A program made the position numbers and the translations under genes. Shown here piece by piece: positions 19,453 through 29,487 of a stretch of 64,000 nt of DNA. The notes under the pieces were generated by a model. It saw only the letters and a list, made by a program, of their open reading frames with translations, ran no database searches and was not told the origin of the DNA. Positions within the stretch are counted from its first letter, which is position 1, and every line of letters starts with the position of its first letter. Source of the stretch: a bacterium (GTDB taxonomy: Bacteria; SAR324; NAC60-12). The DNA lies in the NCBI GenBank assembly GCA_965209155.1, contig OZ242383.1:960001-1024000 (forward strand), written 5' to 3'.

Positions 19453-20427
19453 CTAACTATACCGAATCCGCGGGTCGAACCAGGCGTAGCTGATGTCGAC
19501 CGCTAAATTGATGAGCAAGACAAAGGCTGCCAGGAAGATATTGACTCCCGTAATGACGGGGTAGTCCCGGGTATTGATCGCTCCCACTAAAAACGACCCC
19601 AATCCCGGGAGGTTGAAGATATACTCCACCACGATGGCCCCCCCAATCACAACAGGGAGTTGCAGGCCGATCATCGTGACCACCGGGATCAATGAATTCT
19701 TCAGCACGTGCCGCAGGATAATATTCCGCTCCCGCAGTCCCTTGGCCCAGGCCGTCCGGACATAATCCTTGCGGAGCACTTCCAGCATCATATTGCGCGT
19801 CAAGCGCATGGTCATCCCGGAGAGCCACATTCCCAACACAATGGCCGGGACGATGAACATCACCAGGTTTTCCACGGGATCGTCAAAGAAAGAAATCCAC
19901 GTGGTCCGGGGAGACCAGTACCACCAGATGGCCGGATAGACGACGATCGCCGTCCCCAGCCAAAAACTGGGGATGCAAATAAACAAGATGGCAATGCTTC
20001 GTAAAAGATAATCCAGCCCCGATTCCGGCCGCATGCCCGAGACGATCCCCACCGGGAGAGCGATGGCTAAAGAAACCACTATGGCCAGGAGGCCCACTTC
20101 GAGAGAGACGGGCAGCTTAGTCAGGATGCTATTCAGTACCGATTTCCCGGACCATAAGGATTCCCCCAAGTCTCCTCTCAGCAATCCGGCGACCCATCGC
20201 CCATACTGGACATGGATGGGTAAATCCAGTCCGAGGGCATGACGGATGGCCTCATGCGGGGTCATGACATCTTTATCTTGTGATCCCGCATGCATCCCCC
20301 GCGCCTGAGTGACCATCAGGTCCACCGCGTCACCCGGAATGAAGCGCAGGATTCCAAAGCAGAGCGTGGTCGCAATGATCAGGGTGGGAATGATCAGCAG
20401 TACTCTTCGAATGATATAGGGCCTCAT
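19453..20427 (-). CDS. Peptide/nickel ABC permease, DppB-like
   Basis: YIIRRVL, DYVRTAWAKGL and FDPRIRY. Confidence 0.93.
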   Translation of the reverse strand: MRPYIIRRVLLIIPTLIIATTLCFGILRFIPGDAVDLMVTQARGMHAGSQDKDVMTPHEAIRHALGLDLPIHVQYGRWVAGLLRGDLGESLWSGKSVLNSILTKLPVSLEVGLLAIVVSLAIALPVGIVSGMRPESGLDYLLRSIAILFICIPSFWLGTAIVVYPAIWWYWSPRTTWISFFDDPVENLVMFIVPAIVLGMWLSGMTMRLTRNMMLEVLRKDYVRTAWAKGLRERNIILRHVLKNSLIPVVTMIGLQLPVVIGGAIVVEYIFNLPGLGSFLVGAINTRDYPVITGVNIFLAAFVLLINLAVDISYAWFDPRIRYS

Positions 20428-20511
20428 GGTAGTTTAGCTCTGAAAATTAAAAGGCTTTTGATGGATTCCGGAACCTTGAAATATTGAGTTAAAATTACCT
20501 CTGCCCTTTGT

Positions 20512-20682
20512 TGTCATTCCTGCGCATGTACGAATTCCAGGGAATTGACAGGAACCCTGGATTCCTGGTCAAGCCAGGAATGACAAAGAAATCGCCAGTC
20601 CGGAATGTGTTAATAAAATGCGGGTTCAAGCCAGGAATGACAAATGGATCGTCAGTCCGGAATGTGTTAATAGAATGCCGGA
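20512..20682. repeat. REP/RPE-like doublet plus a 57-bp tandem duplication
   Basis: tgtcattcctg...ctggattcctggtcaagccaggaatgaca; unit tcaagccaggaatgacaaa...gtccggaatgtgttaata at 20569 and 20626. Confidence 0.75.
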
Positions 20683-20779
20683 TTTCATACCAAAAATTGA
20701 AAAAGCTACTGGAATCCATATGAGCCTTAATAAAAATTTTAACATGGGGAGGGAAACTATAATTCCAGGTGAAGGATAA

Positions 20780-20803
20780 GGGTGGGACGGCTTCCTCCCA
20801 CCC
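20780..20803 (-). terminator. Hairpin downstream of the SBP gene (terminator or mRNA stabiliser)
   Basis: gggtggga...tcccaccc 8-bp stem just after the stop at 20833. Confidence 0.5.
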
Positions 20804-20832
20804 CTGTTATTCGTATGGCACCCGAGCAGGTG

Positions 20833-22674
20833 TTATTCGTTACAGTCTCGACCGCTCCTCTCTTTCTTCAAGTCGCAGTCAACCCAGAAGTATTTCAAAT
20901 AACCATACATAGCATAAACGGGAGTCTGTCCCTCCATTCTATGGACCCAGGGTTGCCACATATTATAGTTTCTCGGCCAAAAACCCGGCAGCGCCCACAG
21001 CGTTTCGTAGACGGCGAGGTAGTTTTCTACCCATTTATTCCGGTAATCGACAGGATCATTTTGGAGTTTGAGTTCGTCGAACAGTCTCATCAATTTCTCC
21101 CCTTCAGCGATGGTCGCTTCAGAGAGACCGGGTTTCCATTCCCCTTTCTGTTGATCCCAGGGGCGGCCTGACCAGAAGTATTGGCCGCGGGGGTCGGTGT
21201 GGATGGTCAGGGAGAAGATCAGTCCGGTGTTCGGCGAACCACTATCCGACATGGTCATCCCACTATAGACCTCATCATCCGGATCTTGGCCAATTCCAAT
21301 GGTGGCGGCGTAGAATAGGCCCTCTTCGAGCACTTTCAGTTCGGCACGAATCCCCACCTCTCTCATGTAGTTGGCAAATATTTCCGCGGCTTCCTGAAAT
21401 CGCGGGGGGGTGGCCAGGACCGTATCAAAGCCATTGGGGTAGCCTGCTTCGGCAAGCAGCGCTTTGGCCTCTTCGGGGTGATGCTCAAACAATCTGGCAA
21501 GGTCCGGCCGGATGGTTTTGAGCATGTCATACCCGATGAAATCCGGAGCGAGCCCCGGGATGGCCGGATAATTGGGGTATTCTCCGACGCCTTCAAAAAA
21601 GACTTCATCAATTTCCGGATGGTTGATGGCGTACATAGCGGCTTTGCGAACCCGGATGTCATCCCAGGGCGGCCCCAGGTCAACCCTGACAAACATATGG
21701 CGGTTATCGCCGCCACCCAGGGTCCATCCCAACTCGGGATTGGTTTCGCGCAGGCTTTCGAAATTCGGCTTAGACAACCCTTTATAGATAAAATCCAACT
21801 TCCCCGTGCGCAAGGCGGCCACTTGACTTTCAAATTCATCAAAGAGGACCAACCTGAGGCGATCTATATAGGGTAATTTGTTTTCAGGAATGAAGGGATC
21901 TACCGCCCAGTGCGTCGGGTTCTTTTTATATTCGACATAATTCCCCTCGACTTCCTCGAGTGGGATAAAGGGGCCGGTGCCGAGAGCGTTTTTAAAATCA
22001 TTACGATTGACACCGGAGTGCCACATCTCCGGATGTCCAAAGACCCAGGTAAAAACCAAATCATAGATCCACTGTTCGGTCGCATTGGGCTTGGCGAACT
22101 TGATTTCAACCGTCCAATCATCCGTAGCCGTCAAAGTATAATCTTTATCCCGGCCATATTCACCCGCCTTTTCCCATTTGGAAGTGATATTCCAGACATC
22201 GATAATGGTGTGGGCATTGAATTCTGTCCCATAAGCCGATTTGAGTTTCGGATTGGGAAAGGGCACGTCGGATTCTTCAAAAAATTGAATGCCCTTGCGG
22301 ATTTTCAAGATCACGTTGCTGGTATCCACACGCTCCCAAGATTCAACCAAAGAACCGGTCAGTGCGCCAATACTCATCTGATCCGAGTTGGAATAGGTGT
22401 ATTCACCGGTTCCCAATGGTCCCCTGAGCGGATCATGCCTCAGCCAGCCATCGTAGGCGGGAAAGGCCGTAATGTGGAAGGCAATGAAAGGGTCCCAATT
22501 GGTAGGTCCCCAGTCTCTCGAATTGATATGTAATGCGCCTCCATATTGCGGATCATCAAAGGCCCACGCGGTGCCTGTCCCGGACAGGTCAACGAAAGGC
22601 AAAGCAATGGCAAACACAGCGCTTACCACACCCAGTCCGACGGAGCGGACCAACATTTTTTTTATGTTCTTCAT
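20833..22674 (-). CDS. Family 5 ABC substrate-binding protein
   Basis: Signal peptide; PQYGG, LVESWE, GTGPF, DIRVRKA and AKALLAEAGYPNGF. Confidence 0.92.
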   Translation of the reverse strand: MKNIKKMLVRSVGLGVVSAVFAIALPFVDLSGTGTAWAFDDPQYGGALHINSRDWGPTNWDPFIAFHITAFPAYDGWLRHDPLRGPLGTGEYTYSNSDQMSIGALTGSLVESWERVDTSNVILKIRKGIQFFEESDVPFPNPKLKSAYGTEFNAHTIIDVWNITSKWEKAGEYGRDKDYTLTATDDWTVEIKFAKPNATEQWIYDLVFTWVFGHPEMWHSGVNRNDFKNALGTGPFIPLEEVEGNYVEYKKNPTHWAVDPFIPENKLPYIDRLRLVLFDEFESQVAALRTGKLDFIYKGLSKPNFESLRETNPELGWTLGGGDNRHMFVRVDLGPPWDDIRVRKAAMYAINHPEIDEVFFEGVGEYPNYPAIPGLAPDFIGYDMLKTIRPDLARLFEHHPEEAKALLAEAGYPNGFDTVLATPPRFQEAAEIFANYMREVGIRAELKVLEEGLFYAATIGIGQDPDDEVYSGMTMSDSGSPNTGLIFSLTIHTDPRGQYFWSGRPWDQQKGEWKPGLSEATIAEGEKLMRLFDELKLQNDPVDYRNKWVENYLAVYETLWALPGFWPRNYNMWQPWVHRMEGQTPVYAMYGYLKYFWVDCDLKKERSGRDCNE

Positions 22675-23038
22675 TTATCATCTCCATTTGAGAATTGATC
22701 AGAAAGATTCATCCTACCATAGAACAAATTTCAGCAAAAATATAACCGTTAACAGGAATTTACAATAAAAAAAATATTTTTTTCTTTTTTTCATACTTTT
22801 AAAGCCCGGTCAAGTAGTTTTTCCGCCATGGTTGCTCATTGCGGAAAGATTCGTAGGGAGGCGCTTGCGGGTGGCGCTTCTGAATCCCCTGAACTCCCGG
22901 AGGTTTGAAAAACGGGTTTACGTCAGGGTGAAGCCTGCTCAATATCGAGACCTCGAGTCTTGCCAAAAACAGAGACTGAGGGCAAATTCCGGACCAACGA
23001 CTTTGCAGGTTCCCAGCGGAGATCGGCTTTCAGCTGAA

Positions 23039-23959
23039 TCAACGGTGGCGAATACGCGGGTCCAGAGCGTCGCGAAGCCCGTCACCGATGAAGTTCACGC
23101 TGAGCACTGTGAGTGAAATGGCCAATCCCGGCCACAAAACCCGGGAGGGGGCGAAGGAGAGAAAGTTGATTCCGTTGTAGAGCAAACGTCCCCAAGTGGG
23201 AAAGTCCGAAGGAAAGCCGAGTCCGAGGAAACTGAGCGCCGATTCGGTAATGATCGCGCTTGCCACTCCAAGCGTTGCCGAGACCATGATCGGGCTCAAG
23301 ACGTTGGGAAAAATATGATGGGTAATGACCCGAAGCCGGGGGGTTCCGATCCCATGCGCGGCCAGGATGAAGTCCTGCGCCCTGAGCGCAAGAACGTCTC
23401 CGCGAACGATACGTGCGGTTTGCATCCAACTGGTGATCCCGATGACAAACACAACCAGCAGAAAGATTCCCATTTCGGGGCCAAAGGCATTACGCAGCGT
23501 CTCGCGAAAAAGCATGATGATGACCAACAACAAGGGAAGCAGGGGTAAAGCGAGAAACAAATCGGTGAAGCGCATCAAAGGTCCATCCAAAAACCGGAAG
23601 TAACCTGCCAGCACTCCAATGAATGCGCCTAAAATCAAGGATAACAACATCGCCGTGAATCCAACCGCAAGGGAAATACGCCCCCCTACCAGTACCTGGG
23701 CGAGCATATCCCGACCCAGGTTGTCGGTGCCGAAAGGATGATTCCAGGAAGGTCCCTGGTTCTTGGCGCTGAGGTCGAGATACTGGGGATCGACGGTATA
23801 CAAGACGGGGCCGAAAACGACTGCGCATACGATTGCGAAAAATACGATGACGCCGACCAAGGCGCCATAATGCGCTTTAAATTGCAGCCAGACGTCGCCC
23901 CAGAGTGAGCGATGAGCTTGACTGCTGTCACGAGCGTCGGGTCGGATAGGATCAACCAT
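23039..23959 (-). CDS. Peptide ABC permease, DppC-like
   Basis: FGTDNLGRD, ESALSFLGLG and GDGLRDALDPR. Confidence 0.93.
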   Translation of the reverse strand: MVDPIRPDARDSSQAHRSLWGDVWLQFKAHYGALVGVIVFFAIVCAVVFGPVLYTVDPQYLDLSAKNQGPSWNHPFGTDNLGRDMLAQVLVGGRISLAVGFTAMLLSLILGAFIGVLAGYFRFLDGPLMRFTDLFLALPLLPLLLVIIMLFRETLRNAFGPEMGIFLLVVFVIGITSWMQTARIVRGDVLALRAQDFILAAHGIGTPRLRVITHHIFPNVLSPIMVSATLGVASAIITESALSFLGLGFPSDFPTWGRLLYNGINFLSFAPSRVLWPGLAISLTVLSVNFIGDGLRDALDPRIRHR

Positions 23960-24965
23960 AGCGAATCCTCGGATCCAGTACCCCGTACGCCAGGTCGGCG
24001 ATGAAGTTGAACAACACGATCAAAACGGCGAAGAGGAAGGTCAGAGTTTGTACCAAAGGGAGGTCCGCGCCTTGAATGGCGATAATGAGCAGTTGTCCCA
24101 GTCCGTTGACTCGAAAGATCTGCTCGGTGATGATGGCTCCCGAAAAAACCTGAGGAATTCCCAAAGCGATAACCGTTACCACTGGAATCAAGCTGTTACG
24201 CAAGATGTGAACGAGAAGAACCGATTGCTCCGGAAGTCCTTTGGAACGCGCGGTGCGCACGTAATCGAGGTTCAGGTTGTCCAGTATCGATGCGCGCATG
24301 AAGCGGCTGAGTTGGGCGGCGTTGAAGAGAGCCAAAACGGAAACAGGCATGACCATCTGCTTGCACTGGACAATGAAGCTTGTCCAATCACGGACCTGGT
24401 GGGTGGTATCATAGATGGACGGAAACCAACCGAGATGCACACTGAAGACAACGATCAAGACGACTCCCGTGAAGAAAGTGGGGATGGAATAACCGACCAT
24501 CGAGATGAAGGTTCCGACTTGATCGAAAATCGAATATTGCTTGTAGGCAGAGAGGATCCCTATCGGAATCGCAATGAGGAAACCCACCAGGTAGGACAAA
24601 CCTACCACCCAGAGCGTCTGGGGCAATCGCTCAAAGATGAGATCCACGGCCGGTCCGCGTGTGGCCCATGAGCGGACCCTGAGACGCTGAGCGGAGTCAC
24701 CGATTGCAATCCCCGTCCACCGTTCGAGGAAATTGAGAGGTTCGTTGATGATGAATTGCTCGAGCCACTTGAAGTAACGAAGGTGAAAAGGCTGGCCGAG
24801 TCCCAAGCTCTGACGGATTTTCTCGCGAATCTCCGGGGGAATGGTCAAGGGCACCTGGCTCGTTGGATCTCCCGGCGCGAAATCCAAGAGGGAGAATACG
24901 ATAAAACTGATGATCAACAAGGTGGGAACGGCAAACAACAACCTTCTGATCGAATAACTCAGCAT
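23952..24965 (-). CDS. Peptide ABC permease, DppB-like
   Basis: MLSYSIRRLL start; DYVRTARSKGL and LDPRIRY. Confidence 0.92.
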   Translation of the reverse strand: MLSYSIRRLLFAVPTLLIISFIVFSLLDFAPGDPTSQVPLTIPPEIREKIRQSLGLGQPFHLRYFKWLEQFIINEPLNFLERWTGIAIGDSAQRLRVRSWATRGPAVDLIFERLPQTLWVVGLSYLVGFLIAIPIGILSAYKQYSIFDQVGTFISMVGYSIPTFFTGVVLIVVFSVHLGWFPSIYDTTHQVRDWTSFIVQCKQMVMPVSVLALFNAAQLSRFMRASILDNLNLDYVRTARSKGLPEQSVLLVHILRNSLIPVVTVIALGIPQVFSGAIITEQIFRVNGLGQLLIIAIQGADLPLVQTLTFLFAVLIVLFNFIADLAYGVLDPRIRYG

Positions 24966-25074
24966 GAATGCGAGATGGAAAGAATTTTCAAAGAGGTGTT
25001 GAGGCCGAATCCCCAACCCACGTGGTTCCGGCAACGTTGGTACGGCATTGCGAAAATACGCTTACAGATTTTCA

Positions 25075-25169
25075 CACCCGGGATTCGACAGTGTTTTCAT
25101 TCGAGCCGAAGACCCGGCGTCCAGGAGGCTTGCCATAGATACCGGATGCCGGGATCGAGTCCGGAATGA
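25075..25169. repeat. Degenerate REP/RPE-like doublet
   Basis: cacccggg...gacccggcgtccag facing ggatgccgggatcgagtccggaatga. Confidence 0.5.
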
Positions 25170-25204
25170 GATTAACACCGTAAACGAATTTTTATCACGG
25201 TGCG

Positions 25205-26890
25205 CTAGCGGATGCGATGCCAGTCTTCAATGTTCCAGAGTTCCACATCCCAGACATTGTGCCTGATTCCCCCCAACGTCAAGGAGTGGGCGGAAACGCG
25301 CCCACGGTGAATGAGGGGGAGGTGAGAACCATGGTCGACGAGCATGTCGTTCATCTTCTTGATGAGGGCCACGCGCTTTTCAAGAGAAGCCGTCACGCTC
25401 AGTTGCTTGACCAATTCGTCGTATTCCTCATTGCAGTAGCGCGGAACGTTCCCCCCTTGCCATTGATTTTCGGGGTTGGGAATCTGGCTGCAAATCCAGG
25501 CTCCCATGTAAGGTTCCGGGTCGATGTTGAGGAAGAGATTGGTGTACATCTGGATGTCGGCATAGAATTTCTGGTAGGTATCGGGGTTCGCCGGGTCGCT
25601 ACCAAAGAAAACCGAGCCACTGATGTTTTTCAGTTCCGTCTCCACACCGATCTCTTGCCACATTTGCTTGATGAGCGCTTGGGTGTCTTGCCGCACGTTA
25701 TTGGTCGAGGTCTGGTAGAGGATGGAAAGTCGTACGCCGTCTTTTTCCCGTACGCCATCCGCGCCACGCATCCAACCCGCTTCATCCAGGAGCATATTCG
25801 CTTTTTCGACGTCTTGCGTCTTGCACCAGTCATTGGCGGTAGAGACGTAAATGGCAGGAGCCGGTACGACGTTGCAGGTAACTTGCCCGGTTGGACCGTA
25901 ACCCGTATCGACCAGGACCTGGCGATCGATGGCAAGTGAAAGGGCCCGTCGCACGGCGGGGTCACTCAAAAAAGGATGCTCGCCGCCTTCCAGGGTCGAA
26001 CGCATATCATCCAACTCCACGTCCGGGTTGGACAGATTCACTACCAATCGTTCAACGGCCGTGCCAAATCCGGCGACGATCTTACCTTTACCTGCTTTTT
26101 CCATCTGGCGCATCACTTCGGGTTCGATCTGCAGGTTCCAGGCGAAATCGAATTCCCCGGTTTCCAACACCGAACGGGCTGCGGAAGCCGCATCCCCCCC
26201 TCCTTTGAGCACCACCGTGGCAAAATGAGGTTTGTCCAATTCACGGTAATGCTCATTGGCGGCATAGACCGCGACGTCGTTGGCGCGAAATTCAGTCACT
26301 TTGAAAGGGCCGGTACCGATGGGGCCGAAATTTTGCTCACTACACTCCTGGGCTTTTTCATCACCCAGGCAGTCCTGAAACTGCGCTTTTTGCAGGATCG
26401 GTTCCCCCGCGCTGACAAAAAGTCCATAGGGAAAGGGTTTGGGAATCGAAAAATTCACTTTGACCGTGAGATCATCGAGCTTCTCTACGGATGAAACATC
26501 GCGGTAGCTGGCTGTAGCGCAGCTTTCCATTTGCTTGCAATATTCAGCGGTGAAAACCACGTCGTCCGCGCTGAAAGGCGTTCCATCGGACCAGAGGATG
26601 CCCGATTTCAGTTGCCAGGTGATCGATTTCAAATCCTCCGCGGCCTGCGGAATCGCTTCCGCCAGAACCGGGACCATGTTGCCGTTTTCATCGAAATTGG
26701 CGAGGGGTTCCAGGACCAGGGAGGACGCTTCCGTATCTTTCGACCCCCCGGAAAGATAGGGGTTCAAAATGGAAGGCGCCTGCCAGTAGATGAGATTGAG
26801 TTGACCATCCGCGCCGCGTTCCGCATGAGCGACGCTCGTTAAGATGGCCATACCCGTCAGAAATGCGATTGAGTTCCTTTTTACGGACAT
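25205..26890 (-). CDS. Family 5 peptide ABC substrate-binding protein
   Basis: Signal peptide AHA; YWQAPSILNPYLSGG, WSDGTPFSADDV and GTGPF. Confidence 0.93.
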   Translation of the reverse strand: MSVKRNSIAFLTGMAILTSVAHAERGADGQLNLIYWQAPSILNPYLSGGSKDTEASSLVLEPLANFDENGNMVPVLAEAIPQAAEDLKSITWQLKSGILWSDGTPFSADDVVFTAEYCKQMESCATASYRDVSSVEKLDDLTVKVNFSIPKPFPYGLFVSAGEPILQKAQFQDCLGDEKAQECSEQNFGPIGTGPFKVTEFRANDVAVYAANEHYRELDKPHFATVVLKGGGDAASAARSVLETGEFDFAWNLQIEPEVMRQMEKAGKGKIVAGFGTAVERLVVNLSNPDVELDDMRSTLEGGEHPFLSDPAVRRALSLAIDRQVLVDTGYGPTGQVTCNVVPAPAIYVSTANDWCKTQDVEKANMLLDEAGWMRGADGVREKDGVRLSILYQTSTNNVRQDTQALIKQMWQEIGVETELKNISGSVFFGSDPANPDTYQKFYADIQMYTNLFLNIDPEPYMGAWICSQIPNPENQWQGGNVPRYCNEEYDELVKQLSVTASLEKRVALIKKMNDMLVDHGSHLPLIHRGRVSAHSLTLGGIRHNVWDVELWNIEDWHRIR

Positions 26891-27061
26891 AGTTATCTCC
26901 TTTATTGAAGTTTTAAAAATCGAATGAAATTTTGCTTTCCATGAAATCTCCATGTGATTTTTCAAGGGGAACAAAAAAAACTTGATGTCAGAAGGATTGT
27001 GAGTTAATTTTGCCGAACTTCAGTAAAAAGGCAATCTATCTATGTAAATTCTTAAGAAAGC

Positions 27062-27934
27062 ATGATTTTTTCATTATTCAATCAACCCAAAAGGAAGGGA
27101 ATTGTATCTTCTAAGGAGATCATTCGACTTATCTCGAGAAAGATATCCCGGCTCACTTTCGGGTTCGTCTCTAAGTGGTACAATGCGATTTTTGCGCTGT
27201 CCCTGGTGCTGGTGATAGCAAGCGGAGTTCCGGTGAGAGCCGAGAGCGTCGTCTACTCTCTCGACCAGACAGGGGTTTACGCGGGAGTCTTCGCGGGATT
27301 TGGCCGTTTGAACAACCGGATCGTCGACGTGGAGGGTTTTGCGAACTGGGGTAACCCCGGTTCGGTTGTCGACTACGAGGAGAACGAGTATACCGGTGGC
27401 GTATTTGTGGGGAGGAAAATCGACACCGGTGGCGCGTTACTCAGGATCGAAGTCGACGGCATATTCGGCGTGCGACACGCAAAATCAAATTTGCTTGATC
27501 CCGTCGGTCTGGACGAGACGGTGGAAACGAAGATTCCATGGATTGCCACCTCTCGCGTCGGCGGTGAATATGCGATCGGCCGGGCGAAACTATTCGCCAC
27601 TGGCGGGTTGGCGGTAGCTCAGATTACCAATTCCGTAACCGACATCGATTTTGGACGGAACATGCCACGCAGGTTAGACCCCGACGATTCCTTCCGGGAG
27701 AGTTCGACAAAAATCGGATGGGTGATCGGAATCGGGATCGAAACTCTTTTTGACGATGCCTGGACGCTTCGCTTCGGGGGTTCTTACCTGGATTTCGGGC
27801 GAAGCGTTCACCAGGTGAACCGCTCCGGAAATAACTCCTGCGGTCCAGGTGGTCCTCGAACTTCCTGCCCTTACAAGATCGAAAACAAGTATGGCATCAT
27901 ACGTTTGGCGATAATTCGCCATTTCGGTACGTAA
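27062..27934 (+). CDS. Outer-membrane beta-barrel protein, Omp25/RopB-like (start uncertain)
   Basis: TGVYAGVFAG, LFATGGLA, GWVIGIGIE and YLDFG strand pattern. Confidence 0.75.
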   Translation: MIFSLFNQPKRKGIVSSKEIIRLISRKISRLTFGFVSKWYNAIFALSLVLVIASGVPVRAESVVYSLDQTGVYAGVFAGFGRLNNRIVDVEGFANWGNPGSVVDYEENEYTGGVFVGRKIDTGGALLRIEVDGIFGVRHAKSNLLDPVGLDETVETKIPWIATSRVGGEYAIGRAKLFATGGLAVAQITNSVTDIDFGRNMPRRLDPDDSFRESSTKIGWVIGIGIETLFDDAWTLRFGGSYLDFGRSVHQVNRSGNNSCGPGGPRTSCPYKIENKYGIIRLAIIRHFGT

Positions 27935-28278
27935 TTCCGCTTGATATTCAGTCCTGCATATCGTGTTGGAAGCAGTCATGAAAATGAAGGATCGCTCTTT
28001 CCAGAAGCCAGTTTAAAGTGACGATCTTTCCAAATCGTCCGGACAGCAATTCAGGAATTTGATCACTTTCGGGTAATCATCACTTTTCCGGAGTTTCCGC
28101 CCTCCTTGCTGTTTTTCATCGTATATTCGTCATGGCCGGTATCGAAACGGACAAGAGAAATACGGGCATAAGGAGATGGAGGCTATGGAGTAAAATTTGC
28201 ATATCCGCTAAGTGTAAGTCCCTGCATAAATTTCAGAATATCGATCCGCAATTCAACTCACACGCGCATGGAGTCTTG

Positions 28279-29487
28279 ATGCAAAAATATCCCATCTTTT
28301 CAATTTTCTGTTTTGTTGTTTTGATGCTGACAGTGATCAGTTGCAAAACCGTTCCTGAACCGGAGCTGCACCTGCTTTCGACAGAGGAGGTTCGAACATT
28401 CAACTGGGAAGACGACCTGGACCTGGAAAGTTTGTCGCAAGCGATCCGGCAATCGATTCGCTACTACCAAAGCAGCCCTGAAACATCTGAATTCCGCTAC
28501 AAGGACATGCGTTACACTCCTCAAGAAATGGAAGCTTCTCTCCAATTATTTCTGGAGATCTTCCGGACTTACGAAGGGGAGCAACGTATCGCCGAAATAC
28601 AAGAGAAGTTTTTGTTTTTTGAAAGCAGGAATTCGAACAATAATGCTTTTTTCACGGGATATTACGAACCGATCCTGCTTGGCTGTTTAAATCCGAATGA
28701 AGCCTGTTCCGCTCCTCTTTATGCAACCCCTGCAGATCTCCTCAAAGTCGATTTGGAAGCATTCAGTGAGAAATGGGAAGGCCGGCGTATATTCGGAAAA
28801 ATCAAAGGGGACCGATTTATTCCCTATGATTCACGTGACGACATCGTCTATCAACATTCCTTGCGTGAGAGAGCGGAGCCTATAGTTTACGTTGAAAACG
28901 ATATCGAATTGTTTTTCCTGCAAATTCAGGGTTCTGGTCTGGTGCGACTGCCTGACGGCCGTCTGAAAAGGGTCAACTATGCAGCTCAAAACGGGCATCC
29001 TTACCGAGCCATCGGTAGACTTTTGATCGAGGAAGAGAAAATTCCTCGTGAGAAGATGTCCTTGCAGGCTTTGAAGGAATACCTGTATGCCAATCCGGAT
29101 GAAGTACGAAGGATTTTGAATTACAATCCAAGTTACACGTTTTTTCGTGAAGTGGAAGAAGGACCCTTGGGAAACATCGAAGTTCCCCTGACGGCAGGAC
29201 GTTCAATCGCCATGGACCGCCATCTCATACCACGTGGAGGGCTGGTTTACGTAACCACCGAGATTCCTGTTTTCGAAAATGACGAAATGATTGGATTGAA
29301 GCCTTTCACGCGTTTCATGCTGACGCAAGATACCGGAGGTGCCATCCGGGGTCATGGACGTGGAGATATTTTCTGGGGACATGGCGAACTCGCGGAATTG
29401 ACGGCAGGGCACATGAAATATAACGGGCGCGTCTTTCTTTTGGTTGCTCGCAAGGAATACCTGAAACCTTCTTTGGATTCGACATGA
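28279..29487 (+). CDS. mltA: Membrane-bound lytic murein transglycosylase A
   Basis: Lipobox VISC; FTGYYEP, FLQIQGSG, NPSYTFF and QDTGGAIRG..D.FWG. Confidence 0.93.
   Translation: MQKYPIFSIFCFVVLMLTVISCKTVPEPELHLLSTEEVRTFNWEDDLDLESLSQAIRQSIRYYQSSPETSEFRYKDMRYTPQEMEASLQLFLEIFRTYEGEQRIAEIQEKFLFFESRNSNNNAFFTGYYEPILLGCLNPNEACSAPLYATPADLLKVDLEAFSEKWEGRRIFGKIKGDRFIPYDSRDDIVYQHSLRERAEPIVYVENDIELFFLQIQGSGLVRLPDGRLKRVNYAAQNGHPYRAIGRLLIEEEKIPREKMSLQALKEYLYANPDEVRRILNYNPSYTFFREVEEGPLGNIEVPLTAGRSIAMDRHLIPRGGLVYVTTEIPVFENDEMIGLKPFTRFMLTQDTGGAIRGHGRGDIFWGHGELAELTAGHMKYNGRVFLLVARKEYLKPSLDST

Noticed and set aside
20569..20682. 57-bp periodic repeat as a CRISPR array
   Set aside because: The whole unit is duplicated with no unique spacer, and it derives from a REP-like arm.
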